Positions 25,043 through 32,000 of a stretch of 32,000 nucleotides of DNA are shown here, piece after piece. The notes beneath the pieces are model-generated. The model was not told where the DNA came from. It made no database searches and saw only the letters and a list, made by a program, of their open reading frames with translations. How positions within the stretch are numbered: the first letter of the stretch is position 1; each line of letters begins with the position of its first letter. The DNA lies in contig NC_014148.1 of assembly GCF_000092105.1 (NCBI RefSeq), positions 960,001 to 992,000 of the forward strand, given 5' to 3'. The position numbers and the translations under genes were made by a program. Source of the stretch: Planctopirus limnophila DSM 3776 (lineage in GTDB: Bacteria > Planctomycetota > Planctomycetia > Planctomycetales > Planctomycetaceae).

Positions 25043-25080
25043 GTGGCTCAAGTCAAACGTCCTCGCTCGCGCCCAGAACA
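25043..25080 (+). repeat. 38-nt intergenic repeat motif, copy 2
   Basis: GTGGCTCAAGTCAAACGTCCTCGCTCGCGCCCAGAACA. It shares the 14-mer GTCAAACGTCCTCG and the flanking GTGGCT / GC-CCCAG blocks with copy 1 at 17503..17540. Confidence 0.6.
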
Positions 25081-25133
25081 TCAGGCACAGTTCGCATGTG
25101 GCGAAGATCCTGGGGCGAAGCCATCATACGCTA

Positions 25134-26336
25134 CTAGTTGAGTTCATAGATCGGCGTAGAGCCGCTCGCGCCCCAGACTTTAATGCTGCCATCAAGTCCG
25201 CCAGTCAGCAGGCGTTCTCCATTGTTGACAAAACAGACTTGCCGCACAGCCCCTGTATGACCCTTCAGGACTCGAATCTGTGCCAGAGTGTCCGCATTCA
25301 GCAACTGGCAATTCTTGTCAAATCCACCTGCTGCAATCACCGATCCATCCGGACTGAAGGCCAGCGAGCAAATCTGGTCCTGAGCAATCTTTTCTTTGAC
25401 AGGAAGCTGGCTGGCATCTTCGGAAAGACAGACTACCGTCCCGTTCAAATAACCAGCAGCCACAGTATTTCGCTGGCTCCAGGCCAGGCTGATTGCCCGA
25501 TCGGTCACACAGATCTCATGTCGCAGACAGGCTTTCGTCTTGGCATCCAGGATCGTGAGGCTTCCATCGGTACCGGCAATCACGATGCGCGAACCATCTG
25601 GGCTGTATTTGGCCAGTAAAGCCGATTCACTGAGATTGCCACCTTGGGGGCAGGAAATGTCATCCAGGGATCTTTCGATCACCTCACCTGATGACATCGT
25701 AATCAGCAGTTTTTCGTTGTCAGGAGCAAAAGAGAAATCAGCAGGCCATTGGCTGCCAAAAGTATCTCGCAGATTGAGGGCATTGGCTTCACCAATCGAA
25801 CGGTACAGCACGGAGTTATTACCCAATTCGGAAACCGAGAGGTAAGTCTCTCCATCCGGAGAGGCCGTGAATGTGGGATAGCACCGGGAAGAGATGTCGA
25901 AGGACCGAAGAACTTCTCCCGATGAAATTGCTACAAGGCGAATCGGGCCATGGGCACGCACAATCCAGACTGCGTCTTCACTTTCCATCGGAAAGAGGCG
26001 AATCACTCCCGATTCACTGGTGCTTGAGGCAGCGACGGGACTCTCTGAATCTGTCGATTGAGTCATGCCCGAACCAAGGCACACAATTCCTGCGAAAACA
26101 AAGCCGATCATGAGCAACTCTCGGCCCCAGGCCACCACACCTTGCAGCATGGTCCGAATTCCGCCGATTGCTCCAGGACCTTGAGTCTCAGAGACAGTTG
26201 ATACATAGGTACCTGAAACATTGTGGTTCAGTAAGTCGGCAGACATGAGAACATCTCCGGGTCGAGTACATTCGTCTCGATGAAGCAGGCTGCAATCGGC
26301 CATCGCTGTTTCATGCTGAAATGATTCAACACTCAC
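25134..26336 (-). CDS. Membrane-anchored WD40 (beta-propeller) repeat protein
   Basis: 400 aa. The start is GTG at 26336, with an alternative ATG at 26303. TM anchor: LLMIGFVFAGIVCLGSG. Repeated WD-like blades end with GHTGAVRQVCFVNNGERLLTGGLDGSIKVWG. Earlier blades include SPDGSRIVIAGTDGSLTILD and SPDGSVIAAGGFDKNCQLLN. Confidence 0.8.
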   Translation of the reverse strand: MSVESFQHETAMADCSLLHRDECTRPGDVLMSADLLNHNVSGTYVSTVSETQGPGAIGGIRTMLQGVVAWGRELLMIGFVFAGIVCLGSGMTQSTDSESPVAASSTSESGVIRLFPMESEDAVWIVRAHGPIRLVAISSGEVLRSFDISSRCYPTFTASPDGETYLSVSELGNNSVLYRSIGEANALNLRDTFGSQWPADFSFAPDNEKLLITMSSGEVIERSLDDISCPQGGNLSESALLAKYSPDGSRIVIAGTDGSLTILDAKTKACLRHEICVTDRAISLAWSQRNTVAAGYLNGTVVCLSEDASQLPVKEKIAQDQICSLAFSPDGSVIAAGGFDKNCQLLNADTLAQIRVLKGHTGAVRQVCFVNNGERLLTGGLDGSIKVWGASGSTPIYELN

Positions 26337-26818
26337 AGGACCGAACGGGGCGGGAAGTCAATCGGCGGGAAGCATTGGCAGGACGGAAATAGCAATCGCA
26401 TCATTTCATCAAGTTGTGATGAAGACGATGTGAAACATCACGGTTGACGATACAGAGCAGATTGTGTGCCAAACTAGGGTTTCGGCGTCTATTCGATCTG
26501 TAAGTACCTGTCAAGTATAAGGTTGCACAACTCAATCATGGTTCGTGCTCTCATGATTATCAGTTGATAACAGCGGTTTCATCGCCCGAAACCTGAGCAT
26601 ACATGCCACGGATTAACAGCGAATTAAACGTCTATCAGATAGACATAATGCACAACGTGGGTCTTCCCGCAACTGGCTCAAGTTCTACCTAGATCATCCG
26701 AGGTGCCGCAGGGAGAAGAAGAACATCCTGGTGAGATTCAGGTGTGGAAAAGAGCCGCTTCGGGCAATCAACACCCGTTGGCTCGACAAGCCAGAGCGCT
26801 CCAGATCCTTTGATCGAG

Positions 26819-28438
26819 CTATTGAGTCAGTTGCTTCTCGGCCACTTCAATCGCCCTCAAGAGAGCCTTGGCTTTATTGAGCGTCTCTTCGTATTCCAGT
26901 GCAGGAACACTGTCAGCGACAATCCCGGCACCGGCCTGCAGATACACCACGCCATCTTTCACAACCAATGTTCGCAGTGCGATGCACGTGTCGAGATTGC
27001 CTGAAAAGTCAATATAGCCAACCGCACCTCCATAAGGCCCGCGGCGATGAGGCTCAAGCTCATCAATGATCTGCATGGCACGCACTTTGGGTGCACCAGA
27101 TACGGTCCCTGCCGGCAACCCCGATCTCAGGGCATCCAGTGGTGTTTTCCCTTCCGCCAGTTGACCAGAAACATTCGAAGTGATGTGCATCACATGGCTG
27201 TAGCGTTCCACTCGCATCATGTCGGAAAGGCGAATCGTGCCAAAAGCCGCCACTCGTCCCACATCATTCCGAGCGAGATCGACCAGCATGATATGCTCCG
27301 CCAGTTCTTTCTCATCGGCGAGCAGTTCAATTTCGAGGGCCCGGTCTTCTTCAATCGTGCGGCCTCTTCGTCGAGTACCGGCCAGTGGCCTAATGGTTGT
27401 CTCCCCCTCCTCGACACGCACCATGATCTCTGGCGAAGCACCAATCAGTTGAGAATCGGCGGTCTCTAAAAGAAACATGAACGGGCTGGGGTTCACCACT
27501 CGCAGCGCTCGGTAGATATCCAAAGGTGAAGCTTTGCTGCGACGCGTCAGACGCTGGCTCAGAACCACCTGGAAGATATCGCCCGAACGAATGTATTCTT
27601 TGGCCTTCTCGACAATCTCCTCGAACCCTGCCTGAGAGAAGTTCGAGGTGTACCCTTCGCTCACCGGCCCCAGAGGCTTGACGTCGGCAATCGCGAGTTG
27701 ATCCGGTTGCGACAGCTTCTCGACCAGCAGGTCAATTCTTTCACAGGCACTTTCGTAATCAGCCAGACTCACTTTGCCATAGACGGGCACATGAGCCACG
27801 ACCAGCACGGTCTTCTGAATGTGATCAAAGATCACCATCAGATCATAAATCGAAAAGACCAGATCCGGAAGTTGCCGGTCATCATAAGGTGCCTTGGGCA
27901 GATGCTCGACATATCTCACGGTGTCATAACCGGCATACCCGACGGCACCGCCAATAAAGCGCGGGAGTTCCGGGAGGTGGACACCAGGGTAGCGTCCCAG
28001 AAGTGCTTCCAATTCTCCCAGAGGATCTTGAGACGTATACGTTGTCGGTACTTCCATTGTCCGTGAAGGATCTGTCTCGATGACGACCGACTCACCGGAA
28101 GCACTGATCGTCAGAAATGGATTCGCACCGGAAAAGCTGTAGCGGCCGACCTGTTCCCCTCCCACAACACTCTCAAACAGAAACGAACACGTCGAGGAAC
28201 GAATTCGCGAATAGGCACTCACTGGCGTGAGCGTATCGCTGAACAGCTGGCGATACACCGGCACCATGACGGCAAATGGTTTTCCCTCAGCGTTGGCCTG
28301 CTCTGCCGTGGTCCGATTTTTTTCTAATCCCTGGTTGGCCAGATCTTGAAACTGATCCCAATTCGGATAATGGACTGCATGTCCTGTTCCGGAACCAGGG
28401 AAAGCCAAATCGGTTTGAGGCGAAGAACTCGACGACAT
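26819..28438 (-). CDS. trpE: Anthranilate synthase component I
   Basis: The ORF track gives a GTG start at 28504; the ATG at 28438 (MSSSSSPQ) is preferred. Motifs: [131 protein letters not shown]. Confidence 0.9.
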   Translation of the reverse strand: MSSSSSPQTDLAFPGSGTGHAVHYPNWDQFQDLANQGLEKNRTTAEQANAEGKPFAVMVPVYRQLFSDTLTPVSAYSRIRSSTCSFLFESVVGGEQVGRYSFSGANPFLTISASGESVVIETDPSRTMEVPTTYTSQDPLGELEALLGRYPGVHLPELPRFIGGAVGYAGYDTVRYVEHLPKAPYDDRQLPDLVFSIYDLMVIFDHIQKTVLVVAHVPVYGKVSLADYESACERIDLLVEKLSQPDQLAIADVKPLGPVSEGYTSNFSQAGFEEIVEKAKEYIRSGDIFQVVLSQRLTRRSKASPLDIYRALRVVNPSPFMFLLETADSQLIGASPEIMVRVEEGETTIRPLAGTRRRGRTIEEDRALEIELLADEKELAEHIMLVDLARNDVGRVAAFGTIRLSDMMRVERYSHVMHITSNVSGQLAEGKTPLDALRSGLPAGTVSGAPKVRAMQIIDELEPHRRGPYGGAVGYIDFSGNLDTCIALRTLVVKDGVVYLQAGAGIVADSVPALEYEETLNKAKALLRAIEVAEKQLTQ

Positions 28439-28851
28439 GACATGCCTTCGGTGATGCAGTTGTAGGAATCTTGAGGTGGCACCCGTTGATGAAACAATTG
28501 CCACAGGGTGATAACAGGCAGAGACAATTGGCAGGTGGCTGATTTCATTAAAAAGTCGTCACATTACAAAGAGTCGTGTGCCAACAAAAGGTTCAACGGA
28601 GACAGCCGCTCAGAACATCAGGTTCTTTGGAAGTGGCTTGCACTTTGAATTCGGTCTCAAAATGGGGGGAGGAGCATCCGTCATAGAAGAAAGGACTTCC
28701 TGCAGGAAAGACTGTGAGCACCTGGCGACGGCTGAGTCGGGGAGGCTGAGCATGGAAGGTTGAGAATGGCCGGATGAGAATAAAACGGGTGCTGAACGAA
28801 ACTCCCCATTTGGTAAAGACTTGGAGCCTTGACAGTCCGCGGGCTCCCACC

Positions 28852-28879
28852 TTGACAGTCACCTGGAGAGGGATAGAAT
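28852..28879 (+). promoter_or_regulatory. Near-consensus sigma70-type promoter candidate facing mcsA
   Basis: TTGACA (28852-28857), a 16-nt spacer, then TAGAAT (28874-28879). The -35 is the second of two CCTTGACAGTC direct repeats (28828-28838 and 28850-28860). It would give a leader of about 320 nt before the mcsA ATG at 29207. Confidence 0.35.
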
Positions 28880-29049
28880 TCTCTTAATCAGATTACTTGG
28901 ATGTCAGACGAAGTGATTGTTGGCAAGGTACTTACGTCATTTTTGATCAAGGTTTCATACGTTCGATTCAGGTCATAGAGAAATTTCCTGTACTTCCATG
29001 CTAATCGGGACATCAACTGAGAATGGCTGGAGAACTCGCTGGAACGTTT

Positions 29050-29088
29050 CCTGAGTTGAGCTGCATCCTCCCTGAGTTGACTGCATCC
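29050..29088 (+). promoter_or_regulatory. Tandem 19/18-nt direct repeat upstream of mcsA (candidate operator)
   Basis: CCTGAGTTGAGCTGCATCC (29050-29068), TC, then CCTGAGTTGA-CTGCATCC (29071-29088). The two units are identical except for a 1-nt indel. The repeat ends 119 nt upstream of the mcsA start. Confidence 0.5.
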
Positions 29089-29206
29089 GCACAGTGGGTG
29101 GATCGTTTTGAATGAGTGGCGAAATGAGAGACTGCATTTAGCAGTATTTGCTTGAAATCAAGGGGCCGCAGACCCTGAGTCAGATCCTGGAGAAGAAAGG
29201 TCGAGC

Positions 29207-29728
29207 ATGAAAAAGTGCGAGCATTGCTCAAAACCTGCAGTTCTCCACATTACCGAACTTCAAGACGGCAGCGTTGAGGCACACCACCTTTGCGAGTCTT
29301 GTGCAAAAGAGTATCTGACACAAAATTCTGAGCCGGAATCTGTCGAAGTCGAATCGTCTCTCTCGATCGATGAGAGTGACGACTCCGAAACCTCTGAAGC
29401 TGCTCCCCAGGAGCAGCCGCCCTGCCCGAACTGCGGCATCACCTTCAAAGAATTTCGCAGCCTGGGCCGCTTAGGGTGTGCACACGATTACTCGCATTTT
29501 CGCGAGGAACTGACTCGACTGATCGAGAATATTCACAGCGAAGTGCAGCATGTGGGTAAAGTTCCCAAAAGGCAGCCCGATGCCAGCCGACAGCAGTTTG
29601 ATCTCATTCGGCTCAAGTTGCAGCTTAAGGAAGCCATCGACGAAGAAAATTACGAAAAAGCAGCAGGACTTAGAGATCAGATCCGGCAGGTAGAGCTCGA
29701 ACTGCGAAGTTCCTCTCCTGCCACCTAG
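29207..29728 (+). CDS. mcsA: McsA-like protein arginine kinase activator (UvrB/UvrC motif protein with zinc-ribbon motifs)
   Basis: 173 aa. The ATG at 29207 has GAAAGG upstream. Cys pairs: CEHCSKP...CESC and CPNCG...LGCAHDY. An acidic linker follows. The C-terminal UVR motif is LKEAIDEENYEKAAGLRDQIRQVE. Confidence 0.85.
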   Translation: MKKCEHCSKPAVLHITELQDGSVEAHHLCESCAKEYLTQNSEPESVEVESSLSIDESDDSETSEAAPQEQPPCPNCGITFKEFRSLGRLGCAHDYSHFREELTRLIENIHSEVQHVGKVPKRQPDASRQQFDLIRLKLQLKEAIDEENYEKAAGLRDQIRQVELELRSSSPAT

Positions 29729-29841
29729 CGTCAGATCGTAACGGAAGACCCCTGATACCAGGCGGATGGTTTGTAACCGTGACGCAAAACTGATCCAATC
29801 TGCTGAGTCTGAAACAATTGTGAGAGAGGGAGAGTGGGCCT

Positions 29842-30912
29842 GTGAATCTGGATGTCCTCACACAACGCAGCGGAGAATGGTTGCGAGGCACCGGGCCAGA
29901 GGCCGACATCGTGATTTCCAGCCGGATTCGCCTGGCCAGAAATCTCGCTGAGTTTCCGTTTGTGAATCGTGCTTCCGATACTGTCCGGGCACAGATCGAA
30001 GATTTCCTGCGGGAACGTATCGAAAAGCTGCAAGGTCGCCGTCCACTCACTTACTTGAGAACGAGTGATCTGGAACCTCTCGATCGTCAGTTTCTGGTGG
30101 AACGTCAACTCATCAGCCGCGAGCATGCCGAAGATCATGGACAATGCGGCGTTGGTGTCTCTTCCGAAGAAAATGTCAGCTTGATGGTCAATGAGGAAGA
30201 TCATCTGCGGATGCAGGTGCTCCGCAGCGGGATGGATCTGGATGCCGCCTGGGCGGAGATCAATGAAATCGACGATCTCATGGAGCAGGAGGTCGCTTAC
30301 GCTTTCGACTCTCAGTTTGGCTACCTGACCGCCTGCCCCACAAATGTGGGCACAGGGATCCGCGTGAGTGTGATGCTGCACTTACCAGCACTGGTCGCCA
30401 CCAAAGAAATTCAGAAAGTCTTCCAGGCCTTGCAGAAGATTGGCCTGGCTGTGCGTGGCCTGTACGGCGAAGGAAGCCAGGCCATGGGGGATTTTTATCA
30501 GATCTCCAACCAGGTCACACTCGGCAAGAGTGAAATCGACATCATGAAATCGATCAAAGATGTCGTCGCCCAGATTCTTGGCTACGAGCGCCGCGTGCGG
30601 ACAGCACTCGTCAAAGAAAATCGACAGGCGCTGCATGATCAGGTCTCGCGAGCATTTGGCATTCTGCAGAACGCGCAGACCATCAGTTCCGAAGAAACCA
30701 TGCACCTGCTGAGCAGTGTGCGCATGGGTGTGAATCTCGGCCTGATTGACGATGTGGAGATTCCCACAGTCAATGAACTCTTTATTCAGACTCAGCCCGC
30801 ACACTTACAAAAGCTCAGGCACCAGAAGCTGGAATCAGCTGAACGGAACATTGCTCGTGCGGCCTATATTCGCCAGAGGCTGGCAGAAAATAACCCGCAC
30901 ACCTCGGCTTAA
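29842..30912 (+). CDS. mcsB: Protein arginine kinase McsB (ATP:guanido phosphotransferase family)
   Basis: 356 aa. The GTG start at 29842 is preceded by the purine-rich GAGAGAGGGAGAG. The N-terminus GPEADIVISSRIRLARNLAEFPF parallels B. subtilis McsB (GPESDIVLSSRIRLARN). Motifs: NEEDHLRMQ, LTACPTNVGTGIRVSVMLHLPAL, LAVRGLYGEGS, GDFYQISNQVTLG. Confidence 0.93.
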   Translation: MNLDVLTQRSGEWLRGTGPEADIVISSRIRLARNLAEFPFVNRASDTVRAQIEDFLRERIEKLQGRRPLTYLRTSDLEPLDRQFLVERQLISREHAEDHGQCGVGVSSEENVSLMVNEEDHLRMQVLRSGMDLDAAWAEINEIDDLMEQEVAYAFDSQFGYLTACPTNVGTGIRVSVMLHLPALVATKEIQKVFQALQKIGLAVRGLYGEGSQAMGDFYQISNQVTLGKSEIDIMKSIKDVVAQILGYERRVRTALVKENRQALHDQVSRAFGILQNAQTISSEETMHLLSSVRMGVNLGLIDDVEIPTVNELFIQTQPAHLQKLRHQKLESAERNIARAAYIRQRLAENNPHTSA

Positions 30913-30970
30913 TACTCACCCCTTTCACCTGGATCTTGATCGACACGAACATTTAGTCACTCGAGCACTG

Positions 30971-31738
30971 TTACAGATCGAGCAGGTTCACCGACTTGGG
31001 CTCCAGGAGCTCATCCAGAACTCTCTCTTTCGGAAGCTGGTCGATCAGTGCGTGGGCCATGCGTAAATCGTCTGGTGTCGTGATTTTCAGGTTGCAAGCC
31101 GAGCACTCGACGACATGAATGCTCTGCCCGGCCTCCTCGAGCATCTGAGCTTCGTCGGTCGGTTGTGCAGTTCGTCGAACGGAGATTGCCGCAAGAAGAT
31201 CCTTTCGCCGAAAGACCTGAGGCGTTTGTGCCAGCCAGAGTTGGTTTCGCGGGATTGTGGCCGTAATCCGTCCTTCTTCATTCACCTGTTTGACGGTGCT
31301 GGTCACTTTCTGGGCCAGGATTGCAGCGCCATATTGCTTCGCTGCGGCGAAAACATCGTCAATCCAGAGCTTGCTAATCAGCGGCCGGGCGGCATCGTGA
31401 ATCGCGACAAACTCGGCTTCTGGCTTCACTCGCTGCAGTGCTGCCTGCACCGAATCCGATCTCTCAGCACCACCTTCGCATAACTCAATATTCAGTAATG
31501 CCAGATGAGAGCGGAATTTCTCTTTGAACCACTCGATGTCTTCAGGCGAGAGCACCACGATCGTCTGAATAACATCTGGCCGTTCGACAAAATGTTCGAC
31601 GGCTCTGAGCCACACAGGACGGCCTTTAAGGTCGGCAAATACCTTTTTGCGACTGGCTGTTGAAGCCATGCGGTTATTGCCAGTAAATCGTGTGCTTTTC
31701 CCCGCAGCCGGGAGTACGACAGCAAACTTGCTCACCAC
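30971..31738 (-). CDS. ispD: 2-C-methyl-D-erythritol 4-phosphate cytidylyltransferase
   Basis: The ORF track starts at TTG 31750, but that TTG is followed directly by AGGAG (31747-31743). GTG codons at 31738 and 31735 then sit 4 and 7 nt downstream of that Shine-Dalgarno motif. Motifs: AVVLPAAGKSTRF, VAIHDAARPL, QTPQVF, TDEAQMLE, NLKITTPDDL. Confidence 0.92.
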   Translation of the reverse strand: MVSKFAVVLPAAGKSTRFTGNNRMASTASRKKVFADLKGRPVWLRAVEHFVERPDVIQTIVVLSPEDIEWFKEKFRSHLALLNIELCEGGAERSDSVQAALQRVKPEAEFVAIHDAARPLISKLWIDDVFAAAKQYGAAILAQKVTSTVKQVNEEGRITATIPRNQLWLAQTPQVFRRKDLLAAISVRRTAQPTDEAQMLEEAGQSIHVVECSACNLKITTPDDLRMAHALIDQLPKERVLDELLEPKSVNLLDL

Positions 31739-31940
31739 AAGGCTCCTCAAAGATCGCTCGACCGTTGATTACATTATAAAGTGCCTGATCGGACAAGGAA
31801 GTCAGCGATCACCAACTCGCTGCTTGACGCCTCGAATCAGACGTTGTCTGATGACGAAAGAACGACTTCAGTAAGTCCGGTGCATAATGCATGTGAGTGC
31901 TTGTTAAGTGCCGGTCAATCATGATGAGAGGAGCTGCGAG

Positions 31941-32000
31941 ATGAGTTTGAATGGTGTCCTGCGATTTGCGTGCAGTTTTCTGCTGGTAGCGAGTGTTGTC
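31941..32000 (+). CDS. 5' fragment of a secreted/membrane protein gene running off the window
   Basis: The ATG at 31941 is preceded by AGAGGAG (31926-31933) with a 7-nt spacer. The first 20 codons, MSLNGVLRFACSFLLVASVV, look like a signal peptide. Only 60 nt are visible. Confidence 0.35.
   Translation, partial: MSLNGVLRFACSFLLVASVV

Noticed and set aside
26557-26570. TTATCA-GT-TGATAA palindrome containing Fur-box-like hexamers
   Set aside because: The arms are only 6 bp. The arrangement is inverted relative to the 7-1-7 Fur consensus (TGATAAT-N-ATTATCA). It lies downstream of trpE rather than in front of a metal-related gene. This is a chance-level match.
26630-26644. Perfect 15-bp palindrome GTCTATC-A-GATAGAC upstream of the WD40 gene
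   Set aside because: A 7-1-7 perfect palindrome is expected about twice by chance in 32 kb (32000 x 4^-7). It is about 300 nt from the nearest start, so I saw no supporting context.
28324-28548. Possible trp leader peptide or attenuator upstream of trpE
   Set aside because: The overlapping 74-aa ORF has a single Trp and no tandem Trp codons. No CCACCA (tandem TGG on the minus strand) occurs in the leader region, and no terminator/antiterminator pair with a U-tract was evident.
28688-28712. GAAGAAAGGACTTCC...CAGGAAAGAC, faintly like the RNase P GAGGAAAGUCC motif
   Set aside because: It does not match the conserved GAGGAAAGUCCGGGC core, and none of the other universally conserved RNase P, tmRNA or SRP RNA blocks are nearby.
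1-32000. Search for CRISPR arrays, transposases/integrases, prophage or known defence-system genes
   Set aside because: There are no regularly spaced 25-40-nt direct repeats. No ORF shows transposase, recombinase, nuclease/helicase or defence-type motifs. Gene content is housekeeping or envelope-related, and composition looks uniform by eye. I cannot support a mobile or defence island in this window.

Overview
This window looks like a core chromosomal segment of a Planctomycetota (Planctomycetaceae-like) genome. Supporting this are a mid-range GC content by eye, a DUF1559 pseudopilin-like protein with the HxxGG...FxDG tail, a heme-c fusion protein, and many TTG/GTG starts. All product calls come from motifs read in the supplied translations; no database search was possible.

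I call 24 complete CDS, one edge fragment and one disrupted gene. In order they are:
- purM and a translationally coupled orphan ABC-2 permease
- a heterodimeric ABC exporter pair with one degenerate ATP site
- a PDZ/YbaY-like secreted protein
- a cytochrome-c/copper-monooxygenase-like fusion next to a DUF1559 protein
- an orphan ExbB/TolQ channel, a Fur-family regulator and folE
- a three-gene operon of bitopic coiled-coil proteins plus a 48-aa microprotein
- a divergent STAS-membrane protein plus a minimal GspE-like ATPase
- an ion-homeostasis cluster: ybaL-type CPA2, mgtE, a 4-TM protein and a second CPA2 with RCK_N and RCK_C domains
- ppgK-like ROK kinase, a membrane-anchored WD40 protein and trpE
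- mcsA-mcsB, then ispD

I recognised no rRNA, tRNA, CRISPR array, transposase, integrase or known defence gene.

The items most worth a second look are:
1. A single in-frame TAA splitting mgtE exactly at the entry to TM1.
2. Two families of short intergenic repeats. One is a 32-nt REP-like hairpin with a conserved GTGTGC flank (3 copies). The other is a 38-nt motif (2 copies). Both sit within a strand-biased GTGTGCCA seed pattern.
3. The uncharacterised coiled-coil operon, divergent from a STAS plus GspE-like ATPase pair whose Zn-finger is degenerate.
4. An orphan McsA/McsB arginine-kinase module behind a 700-bp leader region that carries a 19-nt tandem repeat and a near-consensus promoter.

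Nothing here is demonstrably a new system from sequence alone. The novelty claims are hypotheses.
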